This document shows, one piece after another, positions 60,555-61,657 of a DNA stretch of 61,657 nucleotides. This stretch comes from Raillietiella orientalis (taxonomy: Eukaryota). Location: contig JAYWIR010000096.1 of assembly GCA_036172245.1 (NCBI GenBank), positions 186,001-247,657 of the forward strand. The letters run 5' to 3'. The position numbers were made by a program, and so were the translations under genes. The stretch's first letter is position 1, and every line of letters starts with the position of its first letter. The notes beneath the pieces were generated by a model. The model was not told the origin of the DNA, made no database searches, and was given only the letters and a program-made list of their open reading frames with translations.

Positions 60555-61657
60555 AAGTCTCCCCCAGTGCAAGCGTCGTATGGTTCGGTGGTCGATCAGG
60601 CAGCGATGCCTGACGCGACCACCAGGGATGGCCAGGGGGCAGCGGCAACGCCGCCCCCAGAGGCGATGGAGAGCCAGGGGGCGGCGGCAACGTCGCCCTC
60701 GAAGGCGATGGAGGTGGGGGCATCCGCCCCCACAGAATCGGTCCCCGCTGCAGCGCGGGCGTGGAGCGGCGTTGTGTCGGCGCCATCGCCTGCAGCCGCG
60801 GCGAAATTGTCGGCCTATGTAGAGGACGGGTACAACCCCTCATTATTCTACAAGGTAGGCAATTTATATTCTTTAGAAAGTGCGGGCGCCTTCTCGAAGG
60901 GCATGCGTGCTCTCGATGTGAAAGAGGAGGAGCTCAGCGCTATGACCATCCGCAGAGGAAGTCAGTACGTTGAGGTGATCTGCAAACAAGCAGAGCTGGC
61001 ACAGCGACGGCTTAAAACCCCCTTGGTGATGGGGACGCGCAGGCTCCTCCCTATTATGGCGGACCGCAGCATGGTGGTCCACCTGTTAAGTGTTACCGCG
61101 CGGATGCGCAAGGAACAGGTTCGCGCCGCGTTGGAGAAATACGGAACGGTCCACGCGCAGTGGACGAAAGTTAGTCCTTTCGAAGACTACACGGGGCTGC
61201 AACACGGCCTCACTGCTGCGCGCGTGACCGTTCGAGGGGGCTGCACTCTTCCCCACAAACTGGTGGTCGAAGGCGAAACCGTCGACCTCTGGTATGTGGG
61301 GAAGCCGAAATACTGTGGCTTCTGCAATGCGTCGGGCCTCCTCAAAAAGAGGTGTCCCAATGTGCAGTGCCAAGTATGCGGCACAATGGGCCGCACGAAG
61401 GAGGTGTGCCCAAAAGCAGCAGTGCGGGTGGTTTCCAAGAGAAACCTTAAAAAACGCGCCCGGCTTCTGCAGAAAAGGCTGGCGGCAAAAGCTGCCGCGA
61501 AGGCTGTTCCAACCGCGCCCAAGACCCAGGCCGCACCCGAGACCCCGGCGACCAGCGCCGAAAAAGTTGAGGGAGCCGGCCAGGAGACTGGGTGGCAAGT
61601 GGCAACGGCCAAAAAAACAAAGAAGGAGAGGAGGATGGAAAAGAAAATCGCCTACCA
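60555..61657 (+). mobile_element. LINE D4: lacks the first ~40 nt, runs off the window end
   Basis: Highly similar to the reverse complement of D1 ~22100-23202. Confidence 0.93.
60606..61657 (+). CDS. D4 ORF1 (partial, open to the window edge)
   Basis: ATG at 60606 (MPDATTRDGQG...); no in-frame stop seen; knuckles read CGFCNASGLLKKRC and CQVCGTMGRTKEVC. Confidence 0.8.
   Translation, partial: MPDATTRDGQGAAATPPPEAMESQGAAATSPSKAMEVGASAPTESVPAAARAWSGVVSAPSPAAAAKLSAYVEDGYNPSLFYKVGNLYSLESAGAFSKGMRALDVKEEELSAMTIRRGSQYVEVICKQAELAQRRLKTPLVMGTRRLLPIMADRSMVVHLLSVTARMRKEQVRAALEKYGTVHAQWTKVSPFEDYTGLQHGLTAARVTVRGGCTLPHKLVVEGETVDLWYVGKPKYCGFCNASGLLKKRCPNVQCQVCGTMGRTKEVCPKAAVRVVSKRNLKKRARLLQKRLAAKAAAKAVPTAPKTQAAPETPATSAEKVEGAGQETGWQVATAKKTKKERRMEKKIAY

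Noticed and set aside
1..61657. LTR, DIRS, Penelope, group II intron, retron or DGR identity for the RT genes
   Set aside because: No LTRs, protease, RNase H, integrase, tyrosine recombinase or GIY-YIG motifs were seen; the APE-RT-CCHC order with a knuckle ORF1 is the non-LTR L1/Tx1 layout.
1..61657. RIP-like or CpG-methylation mutational signature
   Set aside because: CpG dinucleotides remain abundant and differences between copies are not obviously dominated by one transition type by eye; not quantified.

Overview
The whole 61.7 kb window is GC-rich eukaryotic repeat DNA made of non-LTR retrotransposons (LINEs) of the L1/Tx1 type: ORF1 with gag-like CCHC zinc knuckles, and ORF2 with an APE endonuclease, a reverse transcriptase (YADD) and a C-terminal CCHC motif. 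I find no host gene, RNA gene or CRISPR array, and the organism cannot be named from the sequence. About 20 pieces belong to several families, given my own labels A, BC, D, F, G and H/E. Apart from an ORF1 left open at the right window edge (D4), every copy is disabled by stops, frameshifts, truncation or insertion; D1 and A1 are nearly intact. The main result is the architecture. All 14 nested insertions I can resolve are antisense to their host LINE, and four families reuse a fixed site inside other LINEs. D inserts at the RT motif HKAFD (3 times, with one perfect 15-bp TSD). BC inserts at the endonuclease motif A(Q/R)EI (3 times, 3 different hosts). F inserts 27 nt downstream of the BC site (2 times). 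A sits at one site in BC ORF1 (3 of 3 BC copies). The non-A families share a 3' AATAAA plus GC-rich hairpin end with no poly(A) tail, a 5' RGACGTG motif, and an overlapping ORF1-stop/ORF2-start. This looks like a community of sequence-specific retrotransposons that target one another's conserved coding motifs. Comparisons were made by eye, and boundaries are good to a few nt.
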